A stretch of DNA of 64,000 nt from Acidobacteriota bacterium. Lineage in GTDB: Bacteria > Acidobacteriota > Vicinamibacteria > Vicinamibacterales > 2-12-FULL-66-21. Made by a program: the position numbers and the translations under genes. The notes beneath the pieces were generated by a model, which saw only the letters and a program-made list of their open reading frames with translations, was not told where the DNA came from and did not search any database. Below, piece by piece: positions 28,342 through 35,631 of the stretch (position 1 is its first letter; the number at the start of each line of letters is the position of its first letter). The stretch spans positions 771-64,770 of the forward strand of contig JANMCN010000276.1 of assembly GCA_031361295.1 (NCBI GenBank), written 5' to 3'.

Positions 28342-28773
28342 ATGCCATATCCAGAGTATTTGATTGCCCCCATGCGTGGGGAAATGACCGCGATGGGAGC
28401 CGTCGAGCTGCGCACGGTCGCGGCAGTGGACGACACGGTCAAGAACAGCAGCGGGACGGTGCTGCTCGTGGTGAACTCGGTGTGCGGATGCGCGGCTGGG
28501 AAGGCCCGCCCCGGGATTGCCGCAGCCCTGCAAAACGCCAATCGTCCGGACGTGGTGGCGACGGTGTTTGCCGGCGCCGACATCGACGCCACCGACCGCG
28601 CGCGGCAGTACTTCACCGGCTACGCCCCGTCGTCGCCGTCGGTCGGGATCCTGCGCGACGGCAAGCTGCTCTACATGATGGAGCGGAGCCAGATTGAAAG
28701 CCGGAACGCAGAGATGATTGCGTCAGAGCTCGCGCAGGCGTTCGACAAGTTCTGCGTCAAGCAGACGGCCTGA
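28342..28773 (+). CDS. bacilliredoxin (BrxA/BrxB, DUF1094-type)
   Basis: ATG 28342. 'VLLVVNSVCGCAAGKARPG' carries the CGC redox motif in the thioredoxin-fold context typical of YphP/YqiW proteins. Length is 143 aa. Confidence 0.75.
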   Translation: MPYPEYLIAPMRGEMTAMGAVELRTVAAVDDTVKNSSGTVLLVVNSVCGCAAGKARPGIAAALQNANRPDVVATVFAGADIDATDRARQYFTGYAPSSPSVGILRDGKLLYMMERSQIESRNAEMIASELAQAFDKFCVKQTA

Positions 28774-28778
28774 CGCGG

Positions 28779-28802
28779 GGCACAGCGCCGGCGCGCCGTG
28801 CC
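28779..28802. terminator. GC-rich hairpin between convergent genes (bidirectional terminator candidate)
   Basis: GGCAC-a-GCGC-cggc-GCGC-c-GTGCC fills most of the 31-nt gap between stops at 28773 (+) and 28805 (-). There is no U-tract. Confidence 0.4.
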
Positions 28803-28804
28803 GG

Positions 28805-30763
28805 CTAGTGTTCTTTGGGATCTTCCAGGTAGGTGTAGCCACCCAGGCCGTCTTCGTAGAATTCGAGGAGACGGCCTGATTCTTCGTAGCTGATCCGTCC
28901 TTCGCGCACCGCGAGCTCGACGTCCTGTCGAAGCTTGCGGACGAGCGTGTCGGCATCGAATTCCACGTAGTCGAGCACCTCTTTGACCGTATCTCCCTTG
29001 ATGACGGCGTCGAGCACGACGCTGCCTCGCGCATCGAGGCTGACGTGCACGGCGTGCGTATCGCCGAACAGGTTGTGGAGGTCTCCGAGGATTTCCTGGT
29101 AGGCGCCGATCAGGAACACCCCGAGGTAATACGGCTCGCCGTTGACCGTGTGGAGGGGCAGGGTCCGCTTCACATCCCGCCGGTCGATGAACTGATCGAT
29201 CTTTCCGTCCGAATCGCACGTGATGTCGCCGAGGACCGCGTGATGATTCGGGGGCGTGTTGAGCCGGTGGATGGGCATCACCGGGAACAGCTGCTTGATG
29301 GCCCAGCTGTCGGGGCACGACTGGAAGAGTGAGAAGTTGCAGAAATACGTGTCCGCCATCGTGTCGTCGAGACCCTGCAGGTCCTCCGGCACGTCGTCCA
29401 TCTGCGCCACGAGCTTGCGCAGCTTGACGAGAATCGCCCAGTACAGGTTCTCGGCCTGGCAGCGCTGTTCGAGCGGCAGGTAGCCGCCCGTGAACAGGTT
29501 GAGCGCCATGTCGAGAGCCTGCTGCGCGTCGTGGAATCCTTCGAGCGCGTTGCGGGCGTTCAGGTTCTGGTAGGTTTCGAGCAGGTCGATGACGGGCTGC
29601 TCCGCTTCGTCCGGCTTGATCGAATCAGGAATCTTCTCGTCGCCAAAGGAGGACACGCCCAGCACGTTGAAGATGAGCACGCTGTGATACGCGACGATGG
29701 CGCGGCCGCTCTCCGAGATGATGGTGGGATGCTTGACCTTCTCGTCGTTGCAGACGGTCTGGATGTGATAGACGACGTCGTTCGCGTACTCTTCGAGCGT
29801 GTAGTTGACGCTCGATTCGAAGTTCGTCTGCGACCCGTCGTAGTCCACCCCCAGCCCGCCGCCGACGTCCAGGAACTCGAGGCCCGCGCCGGCCTTGACC
29901 AGCTCCGTGTAGACGCGAGCGGCCTCGTTCAGTGCGCCTTTGACGATCCGGATGTTCGGGATCTGGCTGCCGAGGTGAAAGTGCAGGAGCTTGAAGCAAT
30001 CCTGCATGCCCCGTGACTTGAGCTCCTCGAGGCCGCGCAGCACTTCGGCGACCGTCAGGCCGAACTTCGACCGGTAGCCGCCCGAGCCCTGCCAACGGCC
30101 CCCGCCGCGCGCCGCGAGCTTCACCCGCATCCCGATCTGCGGTCGAACGCCCACCTTTTCGGCGTACTTCAGAATCAGGCCGAGCTCGGTGAACTTCTCG
30201 ACGACCGGGATGACGTTGCGCCCGATCTTCTGGGCCAGCATCGCCATCTCGATGAACTCCGCGTCCTTGAAGCCGTTGCAGATGATGGGCGTGTCGTTAT
30301 AAGCCTGGGCCATCACCGCCAGGAGCTCCGGCTTGGAGCCGGCCTCGAGGCCGAACCCATACTCGCGGCCGAAATCGAGCACTTCCTCGACGACCTGCCG
30401 CTGCTGGTTGACCTTGATCGGATAGACGCAGATGTACCGGCCGTCGTACTGGTGCTGCGTGATGGCGGCGCGGAACGCGTTGTGGATATCGCCGACCCGG
30501 TGACGCAGGATGTCGCTGAAGCGCAGGAGGACGGGAAGCCCGATGCCGCGTAACAGCAGGTGATCGGTGAGCTGCTTGAGGTCGATCGAACGAGCCGGAT
30601 CCTTGGTGGGATGCACGAGCACGTGCCCCGCCGGTGAGATCGAGAAGTAGCCCTTACCCCAGCGGTCCACCTCGTAGAGATCGGTGGCGTCGCCGACGGT
30701 AAAAGCCTCGCCTGTCTTCCAGTTGCGATGGCCTCGCGCGGTGGTGCTGCTCACGCCGTTCAT
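28805..30763 (-). CDS. speA: biosynthetic arginine decarboxylase
   Basis: 652 aa from ATG 30763. Motifs are 'YEVDRWGKGYFSI', 'YPIKVNQQRQVVEEV', 'GLEAGSKPEL', 'HFHLGSQI' and 'GGGLGVDYDGS'. The first 42 codons of the 694-aa ORF are translated heptamer repeat and are rejected. Confidence 0.93.
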   Translation of the reverse strand: MNGVSSTTARGHRNWKTGEAFTVGDATDLYEVDRWGKGYFSISPAGHVLVHPTKDPARSIDLKQLTDHLLLRGIGLPVLLRFSDILRHRVGDIHNAFRAAITQHQYDGRYICVYPIKVNQQRQVVEEVLDFGREYGFGLEAGSKPELLAVMAQAYNDTPIICNGFKDAEFIEMAMLAQKIGRNVIPVVEKFTELGLILKYAEKVGVRPQIGMRVKLAARGGGRWQGSGGYRSKFGLTVAEVLRGLEELKSRGMQDCFKLLHFHLGSQIPNIRIVKGALNEAARVYTELVKAGAGLEFLDVGGGLGVDYDGSQTNFESSVNYTLEEYANDVVYHIQTVCNDEKVKHPTIISESGRAIVAYHSVLIFNVLGVSSFGDEKIPDSIKPDEAEQPVIDLLETYQNLNARNALEGFHDAQQALDMALNLFTGGYLPLEQRCQAENLYWAILVKLRKLVAQMDDVPEDLQGLDDTMADTYFCNFSLFQSCPDSWAIKQLFPVMPIHRLNTPPNHHAVLGDITCDSDGKIDQFIDRRDVKRTLPLHTVNGEPYYLGVFLIGAYQEILGDLHNLFGDTHAVHVSLDARGSVVLDAVIKGDTVKEVLDYVEFDADTLVRKLRQDVELAVREGRISYEESGRLLEFYEDGLGGYTYLEDPKEH

Positions 30764-30805
30764 GATACACACGTTTTTTGGATCCCCGTGCGGAATCCGA
30801 CGGAG

Positions 30806-30947
30806 TTTCCAGTCTCCAGTTCTCGGTTCCCAGTTCCCAGTTCCCAGTCTCAGTTCCCACGTTTCCAGTTCCCAGTTTTCAATTTCCAATTTCCAATTTC
30901 CAGTTCCGGTTATCCCCGTTCCCGGTTTCCAATTCCCGGTTTCCGGT
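30806..30947. repeat. heptanucleotide tandem array, about 20 units, consensus TYCCRGT
   Basis: The T of RGT/AAT falls at 30813, 20, 27, 34, 41, 48, 54, 62, 69, 76, 83, 90, 97, 30904, 10, 19, 26, 33, 40 and 47. Spacings are 7,7,7,7,7,6,8,7,7,7,7,7,7,6,9,7,7,7,7. Unit blocks are TCCCAGT, TTCCAAT and TCCCGGT/TTCCGGT. Confidence 0.9.
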
Positions 30948-31060
30948 TCGCCGCGCCGAGTCCCGAATCGAGCCGGGTTTCGAGTTTCGAATCCCGAGCC
31001 CCCGAGCCCCCGATCCCTATTTCGAGTGTCCGAATCCGGACCCGCGCTGTCCGAGTCCGC
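30948..31060. repeat. degenerate short-period tract with CGAR cores every 7-8 nt
   Basis: CGAG, CGAA or CGAT starts at 30957, 64, 69, 81, 88, 95, 31003, 11, 23, 31 and 52. This directly continues the heptamer array. Confidence 0.6.
30993..31017 (-). other. canonical G-quadruplex motif on the speA-sense strand (C-rich i-motif strand on +)
   Basis: The + strand reads CCCgagCCCCCgagCCCCCgatCCC. On the minus strand this is G3-N3-G5-N3-G5-N3-G3. It lies 230-254 nt upstream of the speA ATG. Confidence 0.55.
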
Positions 31061-31488
31061 TCACTCGCGATGAAAGGTGCCTGCCCCGCAGAACGCCCCT
31101 GCCGGCGAGCGAGACGAAGGAGTTCGGGATGAACCGACGGGGTGAGGGACGGAACGCCGAATTCCAAGGACCAGTAACAGTTTGCGGCGGTGGCGACTGG
31201 CGCTGCGACCAGCGCTCGTCCTCCGTGGCGGGACGAATGCACCCCGAATGTCGCTTCACGGCAGCACAAAACGTCGCCAGTTACGTCTAACTCACGAGCG
31301 GTGCTTGGAAGCTGAGGCTGACCCTCGTCATGAAACCACCGGCCGACCAACGGCTCGACATGTACGGCACAGGCGCGGACCCGCGCCGGCGCAGCCCCAC
31401 GCCAGGTCTCGCTCGCGGCGGCCGAATCGGCTGCCCGGAGCTTCCCCGGACAACCGGCCTGACCTCGCCCGCGCATGAGAACACGCAG

Positions 31489-32253
31489 ATGAAAAAGATG
31501 AGGACGCTCGTTGTCGACGACGAACCGCTCGCGCGTGAGCGGTTGACGTCGCTGCTGTTCACTGAGCCCGACATCGAGATTGTCGGGCACTGCCGCGACG
31601 GCGAGGAGGCGATCACGTCGATCATGGAGCTCGCGCCGGACCTGGTCTTCCTCGACGTGCAGATGCCGCTGACGAACGGCTTCGAGGTGATCGAGGCGGT
31701 GGGTCCCGAGCGGATGCCGCTCGTCATCTTCGTCACGGCGTACGATCAGCACGCGCTCAGGGCGTTCGAGGTGCGTGCGCTCGATTACCTGCTGAAGCCG
31801 TTCGACCGGGAGCGCTTCACAGAGGCCCTGCAGCGCGCCCGCAGGCAGATCGAACGCGATGAAACCGGCGACCTGGGCCGCCGCCTGCTCGCACTCGTGA
31901 AAGACCTGCGGAAGGACCAGCCCAGGGCGGAACGCCTCGTCGTCAAGGATGGCGGACGGCTGTTCTTCCTGAGGACGAACGACATCGACTGGATCGAGGC
32001 GGCCGGTAACTACGTGCGGCTGCACGTCGGCAACACGTCGCACCTCCTGCGCGAGACCATGAACGCGATCGAGGGACGCCTCGACCCGGAGACATTCTTC
32101 CGCATCCACCGGTCGCGGATCGTGAACATGGAGCGGGTCCAGGAACTGCAGCCCTGGCTGAATGGGGAATATTCGGTGTTACTCCGGACGGGGACGCGCC
32201 TCATCCTCAGCCGCGGGTACCGCGAAAGGCTGCAGGACAGGCTCAAAGCGTGA
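31489..32253 (+). CDS. LytR/AlgR-family response regulator (REC + LytTR DNA-binding domain)
   Basis: ATG 31489. The REC domain shows 'LVVDDEPLARERL', 'DLVFLDVQMPLTNGFEV', 'VIFVTAY' and 'DYLLKPF'. The LytTR domain shows 'DIDWIEAAGNYVRLHV' and 'FFRIHRSRIVNM'. Confidence 0.9.
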   Translation: MKKMRTLVVDDEPLARERLTSLLFTEPDIEIVGHCRDGEEAITSIMELAPDLVFLDVQMPLTNGFEVIEAVGPERMPLVIFVTAYDQHALRAFEVRALDYLLKPFDRERFTEALQRARRQIERDETGDLGRRLLALVKDLRKDQPRAERLVVKDGGRLFFLRTNDIDWIEAAGNYVRLHVGNTSHLLRETMNAIEGRLDPETFFRIHRSRIVNMERVQELQPWLNGEYSVLLRTGTRLILSRGYRERLQDRLKA

Positions 32254-32419
32254 GGACGCTGATACGTCCCCCTTGGTCCCACGGACGGATTCGTAATTCG
32301 CCGCCAAGGACCGTCAGCCGCCCGACCGCGTTGTCGCGCGACCAGGGAAGATTGCGGCCGGTTTTCGCCGGTACTCTCCTTGCCTCGGAACCCATCGTCC
32401 TTGCTTTGGGAGGCACACG

Positions 32420-32827
32420 ATGGATGCGGCCGCAACGCCTCGTACGACTCCGCTGGATCCGCCTCAATGGGCGGTCCGGCCCGGGCGCCTCGCGGTCCTG
32501 ATCGTGAGCGGAGACGCCGTCGTGCGCGCGATGGCCACGAGGGAACTTGGATATTTCGGCTACGCGGTCACGTGTGCCGTGCACTCGGGGCATGCCCTGC
32601 TTGCCTGCCTGACGAGCGCGCGAATCGACGTCGCCTTCATCGAGGCGACCCTGGAGGACATGCCCGGCGCGGAGCTTGCCGGAACTCTGCGGCGTCACCG
32701 GCCAGACCTGCGTGTCGTCTTCCTGGCCCAGGCCGGCACACCAGACGCGCCCGGGGTGGTCGTGCGGCCCTTCACGGGGGATAACCTGGCCGCGGAACTC
32801 GACGTGCTTACCTTGATGGCATCTTGA
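32420..32827 (+). CDS. degenerate stand-alone receiver (pseudo-receiver) domain protein
   Basis: ATG follows GGGAGG. The alpha/beta layout is CheY-like, but 'LIVSGDA' replaces the DD pair. 'DVAFIEATLEDMPG' replaces the phospho-acceptor region, 'VVFLAQ' lacks the Thr/Ser, and 'VRPF' replaces KPF. Confidence 0.5.
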   Translation: MDAAATPRTTPLDPPQWAVRPGRLAVLIVSGDAVVRAMATRELGYFGYAVTCAVHSGHALLACLTSARIDVAFIEATLEDMPGAELAGTLRRHRPDLRVVFLAQAGTPDAPGVVVRPFTGDNLAAELDVLTLMAS

Positions 32828-33548
32828 ACAGCGAATCGTCCGCCGGCACGTTGAACTCCACCTTGTCGAGTGTCGTGGAGGCGCTGACCGTGCCGTTGAC
32901 GAGCTGGCGAATGCTGAACGGAATCATCCGGCCGTCCACCTCGCGGTAGTCCCCCAGTTGTGTCTCGATGGTGGTCGGCCGTCCGCCGGACGTGACCGTG
33001 ACGGAGATGGCTCGCTCGAGGCCCGTTGCGGCATCGAGGTAGTACTGCTGCGGAGGCCCCCCTTTCTTGGTGACCGTGAGGTGGAACACGTCATGACCGT
33101 CGCGCTGTTCCTTCCCGACGAGCTCGATGCGGTGCCCCTTCTCCTTGTAATCGACGAACACGCTGTCGAACTCCGCGTCCTGACGCGCGTAGGCGGCCTG
33201 AGAGCCCGGAGCTTCCTCCGGCGGCTGGGTGGCCCGCTGCATCCACAGCGAGACGCCGTCGAAGGCGCTGACCAGGGTCTCGCCGCCCGTCGCCTGTTCC
33301 CGTCGCATCATGTTCGGACGTTTCGCAAGCATCGTGATCGTGGCGGTCCTGGCCGCGGCAGCCGGGTCATCGGTGGCGCTGACGTGGCCGGTCATCCGGA
33401 CGGTCGAGGTGGCCCGGATCTTTTCGAGGCCTCCCTTGGCCTTCAGGTTCATCCCGATGACTTGCTCCAGCGTCTGGGCGCTCGCCACGGACGGCATCAG
33501 GCATGCCGCTACCCCGAGGGCGGCAATCAGGGTGAGTGTGCATCGCAT
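32808..33548 (-). CDS. LolA-like outer-membrane lipoprotein-sorting family protein (secreted)
   Basis: ATG 33548 follows GGAGAG. The signal peptide is 'MRCTLTLIAALGVAACLMPSVASA'. 'MNLKAKGGLEKIRATSTVRMTGHV' and the beta-rich remainder resemble LolA-fold proteins. The family call is tentative. Confidence 0.5.
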   Translation of the reverse strand: MRCTLTLIAALGVAACLMPSVASAQTLEQVIGMNLKAKGGLEKIRATSTVRMTGHVSATDDPAAAARTATITMLAKRPNMMRREQATGGETLVSAFDGVSLWMQRATQPPEEAPGSQAAYARQDAEFDSVFVDYKEKGHRIELVGKEQRDGHDVFHLTVTKKGGPPQQYYLDAATGLERAISVTVTSGGRPTTIETQLGDYREVDGRMIPFSIRQLVNGTVSASTTLDKVEFNVPADDSLFKMPSR

Positions 33549-33688
33549 GGAAGATCTCTCCAAGGAGGGAAGGCGCTGGATCCTCAATTGTTACATACAG
33601 CTGTGCGTCTGACGCCGTACATACCAGAACGCATGAGGACGGTCGCCCGTGCCTCACGCGTTCTCGAAACCCGCCGTGCGTGCGTCCG

Positions 33689-33946
33689 CTACACGCGTCG
33701 GCGAACCATCATCCGGTAGACCGCCAGAAGGATGATGGCGCCAAGAATGGACATGATGTAACCGGCGCCCGAGCTCTGGTTGGGACTGCCACCCGTAAAT
33801 GCGCGGCCGATAAAGCCCCCGATGAGCGAGCCGGCGATACCGAGCAGTATGGTGACGATGAACCCGCCCGGATCCTTTCCCGGCATCACAAGCTTGGCGA
33901 TGAATCCGACCACCAACCCGAACACGATCCACGACAGAATAGCCAT
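33689..33946 (-). CDS. GlsB/YeaQ/YmgE family stress-response membrane protein
   Basis: 85 aa reading 'MAILSWIVFGLVVGFIAKLVMPGKDPGGFIVTILLGIAGSLIGGFIG'. ATG 33946 follows AAGGGGGG. The 296-aa ORF in the track is an over-extension. Confidence 0.85.
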   Translation of the reverse strand: MAILSWIVFGLVVGFIAKLVMPGKDPGGFIVTILLGIAGSLIGGFIGRAFTGGSPNQSSGAGYIMSILGAIILLAVYRMMVRRRV

Positions 33947-34130
33947 CGCTCGTCCCCCCTTCGTTCCTCGGCCGAGTCCTATGCAAGCGGGCGACCACAG
34001 CGCAATGGAAGAGGCGCCTGAAGTGGGTTCCGGCTTCGGGGTTCGGATCCCGGACACTCGTGGCCCGGAGGTCCGAGTACGGCTGAATTCGCGTTCGGCA
34101 ACGGCAAACAACGGGACCGGACCGCTGCGA

Positions 34131-34688
34131 TCAGGCGAGCCGGAGTCGGCACCCCTCGTGTTCCAACAGCCAGCGTTTGCGGTCCAGGCCACCCCCGTAC
34201 CCCGTGAGAGTCCCGTTCGAGCCAATGACGCGGTGGCACGGGACGACCAGGGCCACGGGGTTCGCGCCGTTCGCGGCGCCAACCGCGCGTACGGCACGGG
34301 GCGCGTCGATCGCACGCGCCAGTTCGGCGTAAGAGGCCGTGCGTCCGGCACGGATCCGGCGAAGACCCGCCCAGACCTTCTTCTGGAAGGACGTCCCGGT
34401 GAGCTCGACCTCCAGGCGGTCGAGCGCCTCGAGGTCGCCGGCGAAGTAGGCCAGGAGCGCGGTGACCCCGCCGCCCGGATCGCCGTGGATCTCGATCGAT
34501 TCATCCGGATAGCCACGCGCCAGGCGATCGCGGACAGTCCGATCGTCGGCGTCGAACTGCAGCACACACACGCGCGCATCGCGGGCGGCCAGGGTCAGCG
34601 GCCCCACGGGCGACGCGATCCGCGCGATCCCGATCACACTGGCTATTGTACTGAGGCTCGGCCGCGCGGGAATCGCATTCCCGGTCAT
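34131..34688 (-). CDS. ogt: methylated-DNA--protein-cysteine methyltransferase
   Basis: The active site is 'VPCHRVIGSNGTLTGYGGGLDRKRWLLEHEG'. 'FQKKVWAGLRRIRAGRTASY' is also present. Confidence 0.92.
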   Translation of the reverse strand: MTGNAIPARPSLSTIASVIGIARIASPVGPLTLAARDARVCVLQFDADDRTVRDRLARGYPDESIEIHGDPGGGVTALLAYFAGDLEALDRLEVELTGTSFQKKVWAGLRRIRAGRTASYAELARAIDAPRAVRAVGAANGANPVALVVPCHRVIGSNGTLTGYGGGLDRKRWLLEHEGCRLRLA

Positions 34689-34808
34689 GGGGCAGGGGCT
34701 CTTCGTCGTGATCTCCGGATTCGGCTCGCAGTGCCCGCCCTCCGGCGGAGGCCGGATCGCGAACCTGGCAGGGTCCTCGACGCCCGGTGAGGACGTCGGC
34801 GGCGTGAA

Positions 34809-35459
34809 TCAGGCGTGGGCGCGGCGATCCTGAACGGCGAAGAGCGTGGGCATCCGGTGTTGGAGGAAGGCGACGGCATGGCTGCCGGGAGACGCTCCGC
34901 TGAAGATTGTCGAAAGCGTGAAGTAGACGAGCCCTGCGATGCCTGTCGACGCCCAGAAGCCGGCACCGACGATCGCCGCACCGGCGCCAGCCAGGGAGAG
35001 CGTGCATGCGATGTCGATCGACGCGGACACTGTGCGCGGCGCGAGCCGGATGCGGCGTGCCCTCACTTCCGCCTTGCGCTCGCGTGCCACGGCGCGGCGA
35101 TCGCCCTGGGGCGGCAGCAGCGACGCCTCGTCGACGCTCTCCGGGTCGTGGCCGATCAGCTCGGCCTGCGCCTTGATGATGCGCGCGACGCGGCGGTCTC
35201 CGATGTCGGGGAAGAGCCGGCAGAATTCATCGACGACTTCGTCGGCGTCGAGGCCGATCGCCTTGGCATAGTCGCGCACGAACGCGCGCGCGAAGATGCC
35301 CGACGGCCATTTCGAGAAATCGTTGCGCTCGAGACCGATCCAGAGGTCGGCGCCGACCTTGGTGACGGTGACGATGGTGCCGAGCGAGATGCCGCGACGC
35401 TCACGTTCGCTGCGCAACCGGGGTCCGAAGGTATCGTGTTCCGACATAGCGGGGACCAT
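34809..35459 (-). CDS. helix-turn-helix (RodZ/XRE-like) membrane protein
   Basis: 'FGPRLRSERERRGISLGTIVTVTKVGADLWIGLERNDF' is present, with C-terminal hydrophobic segments. The start is ambiguous among ATG 35459, 35447 and 35555. Confidence 0.6.
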   Translation of the reverse strand: MVPAMSEHDTFGPRLRSERERRGISLGTIVTVTKVGADLWIGLERNDFSKWPSGIFARAFVRDYAKAIGLDADEVVDEFCRLFPDIGDRRVARIIKAQAELIGHDPESVDEASLLPPQGDRRAVARERKAEVRARRIRLAPRTVSASIDIACTLSLAGAGAAIVGAGFWASTGIAGLVYFTLSTIFSGASPGSHAVAFLQHRMPTLFAVQDRRAHA

Positions 35460-35631
35460 GTCAGGGAGCAATTTCCAGGCCGGCCGGCCGAGCTCGAATT
35501 CCTCAATGTTTGTGCGGCCGACACCGAAACGTACGTGCAGTTTTGTAAGCGACATCCAAATCCGGAATCCGGATCGTTGGTTTTCTCCGCCCCGCTTTGC
35601 GTTTGTCAGACGCGCCTGAGATGATCGGGTG

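Noticed and set aside
30806-30947. Possibility that the short-repeat arrays (also 24516-24592) are CRISPR arrays.
   Set aside because: Units are 7 nt and directly abutting, with no spacers. No cas genes are present, and the repeats are too short and degenerate.
30970-30999. tRNA-like T-arm string 'gggtttcgagtttcgaatcccgag'. There is also 'gggattcgaacgagc' at about 39985 on the opposite sense.
   Set aside because: No acceptor-stem, D-arm or anticodon-arm complementarity could be built around either. The first is part of the CGAR repeat and the second lies inside a well-supported CDS.
30684-31290. Three overlapping + strand ORFs (129-170 aa) and the N-terminal 42 codons of the 694-aa speA ORF, giving repetitive FPVPS/NWELGT peptides.
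   Set aside because: They are translations of the heptamer and CGAR repeats and are periodic in every frame. speA has a conserved N-terminus starting at ATG 30763.
30910-32109. 399-aa minus-strand ORF across the repeat region and the LytTR regulator gene.
   Set aside because: It is antisense to a response regulator with complete REC and LytTR motifs. Its own sequence is featureless and Arg-rich.
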